DNA of 64,000 bases from NCBI GenBank assembly GCA_050951545.1, contig JBMNJG010000007.1:512001-576000 (forward strand), given 5' to 3'. This document shows, piece by piece, positions 40,301 through 49,435 of this stretch. The notes beneath the pieces were generated by a model. The model saw only the letters and a program-made list of their open reading frames with translations. It ran no database searches and was not told where the DNA came from. This DNA is from Limnochordia bacterium (lineage in GTDB: Bacteria; Bacillota; Limnochordia; DTU080). Position numbers and translations under genes: made by a program. The stretch's first letter is position 1; each line of letters starts with the position of its first letter.

Positions 40301-40559
40301 GGGATACAGATCCCTTCGTCTTGAGTGCGTTGGCGTAAAGCGCCCGCAACTCTGGCTTATCAGGGTTGAAATCGCTCGGCACGGCAGCGACCTCCGATAG
40401 CACTTCCTGTCTGATCCATGCTGCATATGGATCGGTAAAAGGTCGCTCATCCCACCTCCAGATAGGATTTGCTGCAGAGATCACTACACTGCCCAGCACT
40501 ACAACGAAGAGTGTCACTTTACATGCCGCGATACCCCATGTACGAAGCAATATCCGCAC
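37341..40559 (-). CDS. Secreted heparinase II/III-like polysaccharide lyase with C-terminal carboxypeptidase-regulatory/Ig-like module
   Basis: DGMWHEATPSY, GHEHLDAL, STAAHNTVVVD; signal peptide after GTG 40559 (RBS AAGGTGA); frame open to 40814. Confidence 0.85.
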   Translation of the reverse strand: MRILLRTWGIAACKVTLFVVVLGSVVISAANPIWRWDERPFTDPYAAWIRQEVLSEVAAVPSDFNPDKPELRALYANALKTKGSVSRIGSEEEIKTGFSTVGPQEGRQKEFLDHVEGLAEYFYASNDREAGRKVAHILLGFQRVAGEWPVTSRTDLPPYSLKDKRAPNSGNWAGRIWSDWFYTDVPLVARLARAYDYLLGTQTGRDVLAEVADELGVDDPVTTMDDFFVYWWRVLTEHWAPMWTNMEPQRILGMIDLAQAMGKPTWVRQAIRWVDRIVYRGFYRDGMWHEATPSYALMVTNRLPRLIDRLQGYTDPVGYVDPVEGNRIENLDAQSRWGAFSALTSKAVDSLVLPNSRYLAINDSHSTQQGPKPSKSVPSLLPAAGIATLGSGEGKDQFQLHLTFTSPDGHEHLDALGVVLWAHGTELLSDGEYHGNRPWQSSTAAHNTVVVDEKNQFNRFQGRQVSIDWGKGTGSTDDWQNYHASNGNRTELMLYDVKTPGIMVAKAAADALYPAEVSRYERLVVAVERPIGSPYIVDIFWVDGGHVHDWMIHGPLGQEYSLDVDIDLKRRSGSYHQWISQLESGRTVEDVHYRIYPSDGVSGIEGWLLSDETPTEVIVGMGPAMRRAGEAPFAGLRRLGPTNVFVVIHNPYESEPLPLHFEALPIVGQPENVVAIEVSGPGFSDVLIATPDGPVQYPSYVVDSHQISFSGSLGWLRREGGVVRNALVIGGGHMKTPRLALTSPADVTGRVMAIGRAGGKVGRSGPADENTLQHFIEVDAYFPPGKQLSNEILALVFGDGSRHAVRIDYVEPIDGDDDRSRVYLIDDPGVEHSETGVDMVFFPNWFVEGPVTFELLGRADSSSLPHAPGLEGQSKLEPMTGMISGTVRDLTGQPVEGAVVQIVGYASGPALTDATGHFQFSQAPTGRQWLTATHALYAAASFTGAHIADDEESMVAVTIGERLPPQLSGVSSQVESGEPIQLTSSVDATVYLLEGPTTAKIPSVETVRAKAVTRVTVLAGQPASLPTKEESHGPHVLYAIGAEGRISAGTSVYVENQEELDELWKVFDTWQW

Positions 40560-40801
40560 CGGATTCACCTTCCTCGCACTCATGGAACATGGATTTGCGC
40601 GTTGACGATACAAGCGGAAAGATGGAGCTGGTGAACAACGTGTTCCAAGCCGTTGGGTCTGCACTACCGATCCAGTGTACGAGGTGCAGTGCGGTCCCAA
40701 TCGGCTAGGGTGGCAACGCGTACGCCCCAAGGGGGTTTCTCTGCTGGATGGGGGCTCTGCACAGAGAGGTGAGAACTGATTCATGCTCACACCTCCATAA
40801 C

Positions 40802-40837
40802 AGCGTGCTATCATAGCGTGCTATCATTTTGATAGTA
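40802..40837 (-). promoter_or_regulatory. TGCTATCA/TGATAGCA operator-like array
   Basis: Direct repeat AGCGTGCTATCAT x2 plus inverted TGCTATCA-TTT-TGATAGTA; RBS GGAGGTG and ATG 40784 downstream on the - strand. Confidence 0.55.
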
Positions 40838-40931
40838 TCTGATGCCAGAGGGAAACACAATGTCCGATGGTTCGCAAGCTCCCTGCCGGGGTGCTGGCCC
40901 ATCTTTGGAGGGTGCGTTGCGGTCACAGCGC

Positions 40932-42065
40932 TCAGGACGCGACAATCACGGCGTCCGGCGGCACCAGGTCGCTCAGGACCGCCATAAGGTGGGCAGGATG
41001 TATGGGCTGCGCCCGGTTCCACCGCTGTTCGTCAACCATACGATCGCGGTTCTCCTTTTCCCGGGCGATTTTTCCTTGCCATTCTGGGTTCTCGGTATGC
41101 CGCATCCTCTCCACAAGTGCCTGGAGGATATCCCTAACGTTGCCCGCAAGCGCATAGCTGGTTCGGCCGTGATCAATGGTGCCCGTCGGTGGCACTAGCT
41201 GCACGACGCTGACCGTCGAGGGGAGGCACTTTGTCTCGAAGGGCGTGTTGCCAATCTGCAGGATGCAGTCCACCTCGTTCACGATGGCCGGGATGTAGGC
41301 TTCTCCTATGCCACCCAGTACGCGGCAATGGTCATCTGGCAGGAGGCCTTTCGCCTGTTGTGCCAGGACGATGGCTGTTCCCATAGCGTTGGCCAGGCTC
41401 TCGACCGGCTCACGCAGACTAGGATCGCGTATTCCGACCACGATCATCGGCTGTTTGGCACCCTCAAGCGAGGACACCGCATCATTGAGGCTCCCCGTAA
41501 ACCCGCTTCGCGACCCGCTGAGTGTCTGCGGATCGATCACGGGCGCTGACGATGGGGCGGCATGATGGAACACGTCCTCGGGAATCGACACATGGGTGAC
41601 TGTATTGTGCCACAGGGCCTCCTGTATGGCTCTGGCGCTGACGAACAGGGCCGCCTCTCCACTGGTCACCAACTGCGAGCTGGAAGTGACAGCCGCGAAC
41701 AGCAGCTGCTGGTTGATCTCCTGCTTGGCTCCGGTTCCGAGTTTGTTGAGTGCGATCTGGCCAGTGACTGCCAGAACTGGCGCCCGATCGAAGTAAGCGT
41801 CTGCCAGGCCATTCACCAAGTTAGTCGCTCCGGGCCCCGCAGTCGCCACACAGACCCCGACCCTCCCTGTCAACTTGGCGTGGTACGAGGCCATGAAGGC
41901 TGCACTCATCTCGGTTGAGGTGCCGATGAACCGTACCTGCCCTTGCTGCTTGGTTAAGGCATCAAAGAGTGGGAATACCACATCGCCAGTCACACCGTAG
42001 ATCGTGTCTACACCAGCGGTCTTAAGAAGGTCGATGAGTGCTTCAGCCACCGTACGAGATGACAT
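40932..42065 (-). pseudogene. Pyruvate oxidase-like TPP enzyme, C-terminally truncated
   Basis: GVDTIYGVTGD, EMSAAFMA, AGPGATNLVNGLADA; stops at PPDAVIVAS before the TPP-binding GDG motif. Confidence 0.8.
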
Positions 42066-42251
42066 GCCCGCATTCTCCTGAATCCTCTCTAGCCCCGTGC
42101 CAGCCACCGCAGATGGGCATCAAGACTAACTTTCCCATGCAAGGCGCTCAGTGAGGTGGAAGCTTTTCCCGCTGTGTCGCCAGGGTGCATCCCGGAAATG
42201 ATACAAGGGGCGCACAGTGTGCAACTACGGCAACCGGAAGGAGCTTCTCGA

Positions 42252-43304
42252 ATGAGGAAACTGCGGATGGGTATCATTGGTACCGGCATGGCTTTCGAAC
42301 GACTGCACTACCCCGCCTACCAGAAGCTGACGGATCGGTTTGTGATCACAGCGATCTGCGATTTGGATACACAGAAGGCGAAAAACTGGCAGAACACTCT
42401 CGGGCTTGGTGACCATGATGTGTACAGCGACTTCCGCAAGATGATCGCCCGTGGCGATATAGACGCTATCGACATCATGGTGCCCATTGAGTCGAACTTC
42501 GAAGTGACCGAGGAGGTCGCCAAGGCCGGCAAGCCCATTATCTGTGAGAAGCCGCTGGCGCCGACCAAAGAGCAAGCGAAGGCAGCCAAGGAGTTGCCCA
42601 GGCAGTACGACGTTCCGGTCATGATCGCCGAGAACTACCGCTACAACGACGAAGTCAACATCATTCGAAACTTGGTTCGCAACCAAGAGATCGGAACCGT
42701 CCGCTATTTCCTTCAGAACCGGGTGGTCAACACTCCTCAGGAGATGCTCAAGAACGCATTTGCCGCCAAAGAGTGGCGTCAGCATCCTGAGTTCGCTGGG
42801 GGTGTCTTCTATGACACGGCTGTTCATGACATTGCTGCCCTCCAGCATATCTTCGGGGCCGTGGAGCGTGTGCATGCCTTCGGTGTGAAACAGGAGGAAG
42901 ACTTCGCACCCTTCGCCGTCATCCAGGCTAACCTCTCGTTCAGGAGCAGTATCACGGGCCAGTTCACTTTCTTCTGTGCCGGGTCGGAGATGCAGCGTCC
43001 GTTGGTCGGCTTGCGCATCCTTGGCACCGATGGGATGATCTTCCTTGAGGAGCGTGATTGCGGCACCGTTAATGTGGCCTACAATGACGGAACGAGCAAA
43101 CAGATTTCGTACCAGCCGCGGATGGGCTTTTACCATGAGCTGCTTAACTTCTATAAGGCCGCCACTGGCCAGGAGCCTATATCAGTTACACCGGAGCTCG
43201 AATACGGCGACGCCATGGTGATCTTCGCTATGCTTGACTCGGTTGAGCAGCAGGAGGTTATCGAGATGGCTGAGTATGCGCAGTACGATCCGGTTCCGGT
43301 GTAA
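42252..43304 (+). CDS. Gfo/Idh/MocA family oxidoreductase
   Basis: GIIGTG, ICEKPLA, AENYRY, GGVFYDTAVHD. Confidence 0.93.
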   Translation: MRKLRMGIIGTGMAFERLHYPAYQKLTDRFVITAICDLDTQKAKNWQNTLGLGDHDVYSDFRKMIARGDIDAIDIMVPIESNFEVTEEVAKAGKPIICEKPLAPTKEQAKAAKELPRQYDVPVMIAENYRYNDEVNIIRNLVRNQEIGTVRYFLQNRVVNTPQEMLKNAFAAKEWRQHPEFAGGVFYDTAVHDIAALQHIFGAVERVHAFGVKQEEDFAPFAVIQANLSFRSSITGQFTFFCAGSEMQRPLVGLRILGTDGMIFLEERDCGTVNVAYNDGTSKQISYQPRMGFYHELLNFYKAATGQEPISVTPELEYGDAMVIFAMLDSVEQQEVIEMAEYAQYDPVPV

Positions 43305-43404
43305 TGAAGGCGATGGTCGGACGGGCCGTCCTGGGCGTACGAAAAGGAGCCTTGTGACGGTTCGCCTCCAGGACAGACGGAAGTCTGCGAACCGCTCGAC
43401 TGAC

Positions 43405-45457
43405 CTAACCATCAACCCCGTAGCTTGACGTGGTCTGGGTTCTTGGACCTGCTATCGAGCCGAGGTTGGCCGATCCCTCGAGGGACTGGCCACCTGATAG
43501 CGGCCCGACACCTGTCTTCATCCCGATTTCTCCCCTATCGGACCAGCCAACGAAGTTGCCGTCACTGTCAAAGCGCAAGGTCACGCCACCTTTAGCTGAC
43601 AGCTCTCCTTTCACAGGGCCGACTCCGGCGCCTGCCTTGGCTCCTACCAGCACACTGATCTCCGATTCGCCGGTCTTGAAGTTTTGCTTGTAGGCCCCGC
43701 CGACCCCCGCTAGAACCTCAAGCTCCCAACTGCTGCAATCTACAGCGAATGACGCGATGCCGATGCCAAATGTGATCTTGTCTTTGAGCTCGCATTTTTT
43801 GGCTTTCTTTTCCGGGACGACCAGCTCGCCCACAGGCTGCGTTCTGAGTGCGCTTATGTCTTCGTCCTTGGTGACTATGGGCGCGATGTGCTCTGCAAGC
43901 GCATAGCTCACAGGCAGTGTGGCGAGATCCAGGGCCAGGGGCAAGAAGGACGCATATACAGTTATTTCACGAACAGCGTTAACATAGTCAACTACGTCTT
44001 GATCGTATATACTGGCAGTCACCTGGTCCGACATCCTCCAGTATTCCAGTAGCAGTGACTTCAGATGCCCGTAGGAGCCAAGCGTGAGGTCCCTCCAGGC
44101 ATAGAAGTGGGAGTCAGCAATTTGGCCTCCCAGCTTGTTGATGGTCTTAGCCAGTTCCTTAGCTTCGGGTATCTGGTTAGCAATGATCATCTGCTCCAGC
44201 TGTTTGAACTGGCCCCCTTCCCTTAGATTGGTCATTTCGCGTTCGTAGCGCTCGTCTATCTGTCGACGGCGGGCGCTAGCACTGGTAAGTTCCTGCTCGA
44301 TCATGTGTGCATAGTAGTCGTTAACTAGCTCCAACATAAAGAGCTGCTGCCCGTACTGAGGCTTCGTCGACATGATCTGCTGAAAGCTGCCTGCTGGGTC
44401 GGAATACGACTCACCGTCGTCCCAGTCACCGTCGTCCCAGTTCACCGTCGTCCCAGTCACCGTCGTCCCAGTCACCGTCGTCCCAGTCACCGTCGTCCCA
44501 GTCACCGTCGTCCCAGTCACCGTCGTCCCAGTCACCGTCGTCCGCCGTCGCTTCCGGGTGATACCGAGCTGCAAATGTGAACGCGCCGACGAGACCCTTG
44601 TCCATAATCTGCTTGGCCAAGCGCTGGAAGGTGGGTGCCGAAGCCAAGAATGCCATGCGACTCTCCCACTTGGGAAGAGTGGGCAGAATCAACCTGTCAC
44701 CCTGGGGCTCGTGTGCATCATCACCCTGACCCTCTGGATCCTCTTCTATGATGACATCCCAGAAAGGGCGGGAGACTGACCCTCCCTGCCGGCTGGCTCC
44801 CAAGAACACCTGGCGCATCGACGGTACAAAGCCCCCACGGGCAGCTTTGCCCAACTCATACATGGCGAGGTCACCGTGTCCTCGCTGGACCCAGATGATA
44901 CTCATGCCGTAGTGAGCAGCATCGAAATCGGGATCACACGCAAGTGCTTTTCTATAAGACGTCTCTGCCTCGCTGAGCATGCCCTTATCGAGATACGAGT
45001 TGCCGAGGTTAGTCAGGATCACGGGGGAGTTGGGCGCCAAGCTATCGGCGTACAATAGCACTTCGATCGACTCATCAAGCAAGCCGCTAGATCGTAACAT
45101 GGCCGCAAAGTTGTTGACTAGTAACGGATCGTCAGGGGCGGTCTGAGCCGCGGCAGAGGCGAGGATGACTGGTATGTAGGCAGACGAAGCTGTGGCCGCG
45201 ATCATCACTGCTGCCGATGAGATATCCCTCGCATTCATGAGTGGACCGTCGGCGCTAAGTCTAGCTATTTGACCGTCGACATAGGCGTTTTCCTCAGAGT
45301 TAAGCCTGTCATAGTATGTCTCATGAATCCTCTGGGCCACCGTAATGAAGGTTTCCTTTGTAGGCCCGTGCACGGTGTTGGCCTGCGCACCGACAGCGGA
45401 TAGTATCCATATGGTACATACAACGGCAATGGTTGCGGCAGTCACTCTTGGCCTCAT
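43405..45457 (-). CDS. Secreted TPR protein with (DDGDW)n tract and Gly-rich beta C-terminus; frameshifted at 44441
   Basis: Signal peptide; TPR motifs (ILTNLGNSY..AETSYRKAL..DP); removing one T at 44441 joins both ORFs into 683 aa. Confidence 0.75.
44411..44543. repeat. 15-bp tandem repeat TCACCGTCGTCCCAG, 8 full units plus 1 partial
   Basis: Read directly; one extra T at 44441; encodes DDGDW on the - strand. Confidence 0.97.
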
Positions 45458-45561
45458 TTTACTCTCAGCACCTCCGGCCGAATATCATGAAGCATGCGTA
45501 AGTAATACAGTGAGACCAACCGTCATCAGGCTCTAGATGTCCGATCTGGGATCAGTGGGCA

Positions 45562-47940
45562 TCAGTTTCTCGGTGAGGGGATTAGTTGCTTTAGGAGCTC
45601 AATATCAGCTCGTAGCTTCTCGATCTGCTCTTTTTGTTGCTGGTTCTCTGTCTGTAACTGGTTGACTCTTGTTTGAAGGCTGTCGTCGATGACCTCCCAT
45701 TGCTCCGTCTCCGTTTGAGATTCCTTAGATCGACCCAATTTGAAGCTCATACCAAAATTGTACATCAAACCGCTGCCGCTGCTTGCATTGGTGCAATTGG
45801 AGAGGCCGGCACTGAGCCGTACAGATTCGTTGACAAAGCGATCGTAGCCGAGCGCGAAGGCTAGCTCATCGCCATAGAACGCAGTTCCTATGGTGAGTTG
45901 CCCCTTGGCATCCGGATCATACTGGTGCGGGCTTGACGTTGCTAAGGCCGCTGCCATCGCTCCCACCCGGTTTAGCTGGCGAAGGTTGACAGCATCAGTG
46001 CTCGCAGTACCATCAGCAACATTAGCAATCTGCCGTTCGCTGCCAGTCGAACCCACCGAGATCGTATTCGCCCGATCCGCTATAGAGCTGGCTCCTATGG
46101 CAACGCTGTTTTCAGCAGTAGCGGAAGCAGCAGAGCCATAGGCCGAACTATTGGCACTGCTGGCCGTTGCGTTGACCCCGATCGACGTGCTGTTATCACC
46201 GCTAGCGACAGCTCCCTGGCCATAGGCGGTGCCATCAGTACCGCTGGCAGTGGCTCCGCTCACAGAGGTAACGGCGGATTTCAGCGCTTTCACCTCTGTA
46301 TCGATTTCAAGCAATTGTCCATAGGCTGCGGCATCGCTGGCTTCGGTACCGTACGCCACATTAGTGATTCTACGTTCGTTGCCTGCCGTACCAACCGAGA
46401 CAGTGTTGTCGTCATCTGCTACCGAGTTTGCCCCAAGCGCCACGCTGTTTTCAGCAGTGGCGGAAGCGCCAGAGCCATAGGCCGAGCTATTCGCACTGCT
46501 GGCCGTTGCGTTAACCCCGACCGACGTGCCGTTATTGCCGCTGGCGGCAGCTCCCTGGCCATAGGCGGCGCTATCAGTACCGCTGGCAGTAGCTCCGCTC
46601 ACAGAGGTAACGGCGGATTCCAGCATGTTTACTCTTGTGTTGGTTTCGAGCAATTGTCCATAGGCTGCGGCATCGCTGGCTTCGGTACCGTACGCCACAT
46701 TAGTGATTCTACGCTCGTTGCCTACCGAACCAACCGAGACAGTGTTCTCCTCATCCGCTACCGAGTTTGCCCCAAGCGCTACGCTATTCTGGGCAGTAGC
46801 GGAGGCGTTATAACCTATCGACGTACTTAAGTTCTGGTTCGTCTCAGAGTGATCGCCTATGGCTGTACTGTAGTCACCAGCAGCGGTAGAGAAGGCGCCG
46901 ACCGCTGTGCTACTAGCGCCGCTGGCGTCCGCTCCCAGTCCATAGGCCGAGCTGTAGATACCACTAGCCTCGGCAGCGGCTCCACTAGCTGTGCTATAGT
47001 GACCGTTAGCGGTCGAACCTTGCCCGGTCGCTGTGCTTTTGAAACCGCTCGCGCGGGACTCGGCACCTGTTGCCGTGCCGTAGGATCCGCTCGCAACCGC
47101 TGATTTGCCTAACGCCGTCCCGAAGTAGCCTGACGTGTGGGCACTAGCGCCAAGCGCCGTACCGAAGGAATGCGTAGCCAGTGCGCCCGCACCGATGGCA
47201 GTGGTGTTACTGACCTCTACGTCATTAATGATGAATCCATCACCCGGCGGACTCGGGTAGTCTGCAAAACCACTCTCACTGCCGGAGACAGTATTCTGCC
47301 CGATGGCAATGCTGCCGTCATTATAGGCAATAGACCCGGCGCCGTAGGCCGCGCTACCGATGCCCCTAGCGGTAGAAGAAGCGCCAGACGCCGTACTGTT
47401 CGCACCAGCGGCACGTGCTCCGGCACCATAGGCCGCGCTGCCAACGCCTGTAGCGGCAGAAAAGGCGCCAGACGCCGTGCTGTTCGCAGCAGCGGCATGT
47501 GCTCCGACACCAAATGCCGAACTATCGTTGCCTACGGCCTTCGCACCTTTTGCCTCGGCTGGATCTGCCCCTCCACCGACGGCCGTACTGTTCGTACCCA
47601 GAGCTTTGGCATATGCCCCGATAGCAGCGCTGTAAGCACCGGAAGCAGCGGACGCATGACCGCATGCTAACCCCGAAACCCCGGTGACCTTGGCCTTATA
47701 ACCAACCGCAGCAGCCATCTGCCCACTGACCTCGACGTAACTACCTATTGCTACACCAACAAACTCTGAAGCTTCAGCACCTATCCCAATTGCAATACTG
47801 TCCCAACCAGATGCAATACCGCCGCCAGCCTCGAAACTGAGAGCCCAAGCGGCACTTGTTAATGTGAACTGCAAGGCAAGAGAAGCCATCAACAGAACCA
47901 CGGATTTCGGCGGGTGTTCCTTCACTGACATTTGGGCCAT
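45562..47940 (-). CDS. YadA-like trimeric autotransporter adhesin
   Basis: 14-aa head repeats (STAxG..A.A), necks ERRITNVAYG..DAA, DAVNLRQL, GAMAAAL anchor with four beta strands, coiled-coil tail. Confidence 0.93.
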   Translation of the reverse strand: MAQMSVKEHPPKSVVLLMASLALQFTLTSAAWALSFEAGGGIASGWDSIAIGIGAEASEFVGVAIGSYVEVSGQMAAAVGYKAKVTGVSGLACGHASAASGAYSAAIGAYAKALGTNSTAVGGGADPAEAKGAKAVGNDSSAFGVGAHAAAANSTASGAFSAATGVGSAAYGAGARAAGANSTASGASSTARGIGSAAYGAGSIAYNDGSIAIGQNTVSGSESGFADYPSPPGDGFIINDVEVSNTTAIGAGALATHSFGTALGASAHTSGYFGTALGKSAVASGSYGTATGAESRASGFKSTATGQGSTANGHYSTASGAAAEASGIYSSAYGLGADASGASSTAVGAFSTAAGDYSTAIGDHSETNQNLSTSIGYNASATAQNSVALGANSVADEENTVSVGSVGNERRITNVAYGTEASDAAAYGQLLETNTRVNMLESAVTSVSGATASGTDSAAYGQGAAASGNNGTSVGVNATASSANSSAYGSGASATAENSVALGANSVADDDNTVSVGTAGNERRITNVAYGTEASDAAAYGQLLEIDTEVKALKSAVTSVSGATASGTDGTAYGQGAVASGDNSTSIGVNATASSANSSAYGSAASATAENSVAIGASSIADRANTISVGSTGSERQIANVADGTASTDAVNLRQLNRVGAMAAALATSSPHQYDPDAKGQLTIGTAFYGDELAFALGYDRFVNESVRLSAGLSNCTNASSGSGLMYNFGMSFKLGRSKESQTETEQWEVIDDSLQTRVNQLQTENQQQKEQIEKLRADIELLKQLIPSPRN
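46100..46780. repeat. 339-bp (113-aa) tandem duplication inside the adhesin
   Basis: CACAGAGGTAACGGCGGATT at 46261 and 46600; near-identical flanks. Confidence 0.85.
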
Positions 47941-47947
47941 CCCCCTA

Positions 47948-47989
47948 AAGCCTTGGACCGATAAGCATAGGCTTGCCGGTCCAAGGCTT
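47948..47989. terminator. Long hairpin between the 154-aa gene and the adhesin RBS
   Basis: AAGCCTTGGACCG...CGGTCCAAGGCTT perfect 13-bp outer stem plus inner stem. Confidence 0.6.
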
Positions 47990-47990
47990 C

Positions 47991-48455
47991 TTATTGTCTA
48001 AACAATGCGTCAATGGCGTCATCCCAATTGAAGGAGTTTAGCAACCAGCGATCCTTCGCCTTGTAAAACACGAATTGCCAGCGAATCAAGTGTTTCTCGT
48101 ATTTGGCCACGTAGGTATACCTCAGGCAGACCTCGGACACTACCTCTTCTTTGACCAACCTGAAGCCGCAAGGTTGCCCGAATCTTTCCTTCACAAACAC
48201 CTGGTCTTTTTCGGCTTGCTCCTGGACAGGCTTTAGTTCCGCAACAGGAAATGGCCATTGGGAGCCAATAAGAACGAAAGCCTCTTCGATCTGGCCTTTC
48301 GCCACATGGTTAATGACTGCTTCGCAATAAGACCTCGCTTCGATACCGTCAGGAAAGCCAAGATCCTGTGCCCAGCAGACTGGGACTACTAGGAGCAAGA
48401 GCGGTAAGATCATTGGGAAAACCGCCTTGGACTTCATCGCCGAACCCCGCTTCAT
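47991..48455 (-). CDS. Small secreted hypothetical protein
   Basis: Signal peptide (VCWA-QD); 154 aa; AT-rich upstream region. Confidence 0.8.
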   Translation of the reverse strand: MKRGSAMKSKAVFPMILPLLLLVVPVCWAQDLGFPDGIEARSYCEAVINHVAKGQIEEAFVLIGSQWPFPVAELKPVQEQAEKDQVFVKERFGQPCGFRLVKEEVVSEVCLRYTYVAKYEKHLIRWQFVFYKAKDRWLLNSFNWDDAIDALFRQ

Positions 48456-49435
48456 TATGTGAACCTATTATTGTTGTGCGCAAACGTGCATTTTCGGGCG
48501 CACCTTAATACTGCCAAAACCAGGCACCTATACCCTGTAAGTGCATAACAGAAAGGTTTAAAAAGGTAAGTTGTTTGCGTAATTACTGTGGGGTTATGTA
48601 CCCATTTCCAAGTACGGTCTAGAGAATGAATCCTCCAGGCTTCGGGACATCTGCGGACACATCGGATCCAAGATTGTGGTCTGGGCTCGTCGCCTCCCGT
48701 GCTCTGACGCCGAAGTCTGCACTGTATGCCTCTGCGGATGGAATGGATTTCATGGCAAGGCATGTGTTCCCTGCATGAGTTGCGACGTATTGTGTATATA
48801 TGCCGGTTTGGCAGGGATAACTGGGGAAACCCTGGGGTTTTATCGCCACTGCTTCAGGTCGCAGAGCATTCGGGTCTTCCATGAGTTGCTCTGCTGTACG
48901 TCGAAAACGAGGTTGTTCAGGCCGCGATAGTGGAGTTGTCCCGGTTTCGTGGACTTCATCGTAGGTTACCAATATGAAGCTCCCGCACTTTGGTGGACAC
49001 AGTAACACCTACGTTACCAACGCTATGTCTTCCTTGGACTTGCCACGAAACCATCGGGCTTCGGGCGCAAGCCGTTCCAACCAATCGCGGCAGCTGGCTA
49101 GATGCCTTACCCACGGCGAGATCGACCCGTTTATTTGGCTCCGATCATCTTCAAGGCGTTGGCTCCAACGAACCTGATTGGAGCTGGTGGCCTCGCTGGC
49201 CACCAGTGACCGATGCGGCGTGGGTTTCTGTGCCCTATGCTGGTGCAGCATGTGGAGCCACGAGATGGCAGATGGACAAAGCTCGAAATGGCGGGAGACG
49301 ATTATGCAGGAGAGAATGCAGCTTTGTTTAAGCTGCAGGTAGGCCCTGCCGCAACTCTATGGACGTGCGCATTGAACAGCTTGAACTTGAAGGCCGTACC
49401 TGATGATTCGCGCACGCATGTAAAGGAGCTGTAGT

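Noticed and set aside
40560-40814. 85-aa N-terminal extension of the lyase
   Set aside because: Non-protein-like composition that would bury the signal peptide.
42225-43136. 303-aa antisense ORF and other long antisense ORFs (4528-5229, 31578-32228)
   Set aside because: Shadows of well-supported genes in high-GC DNA; no motifs.
44411-44543. CRISPR array
   Set aside because: Contiguous 15-bp units with no spacers, inside a CDS; no cas genes.
44441-44574. (TTVTG)n N-terminus of the 389-aa ORF
   Set aside because: Wrong-frame reading of the DDGDW repeat.
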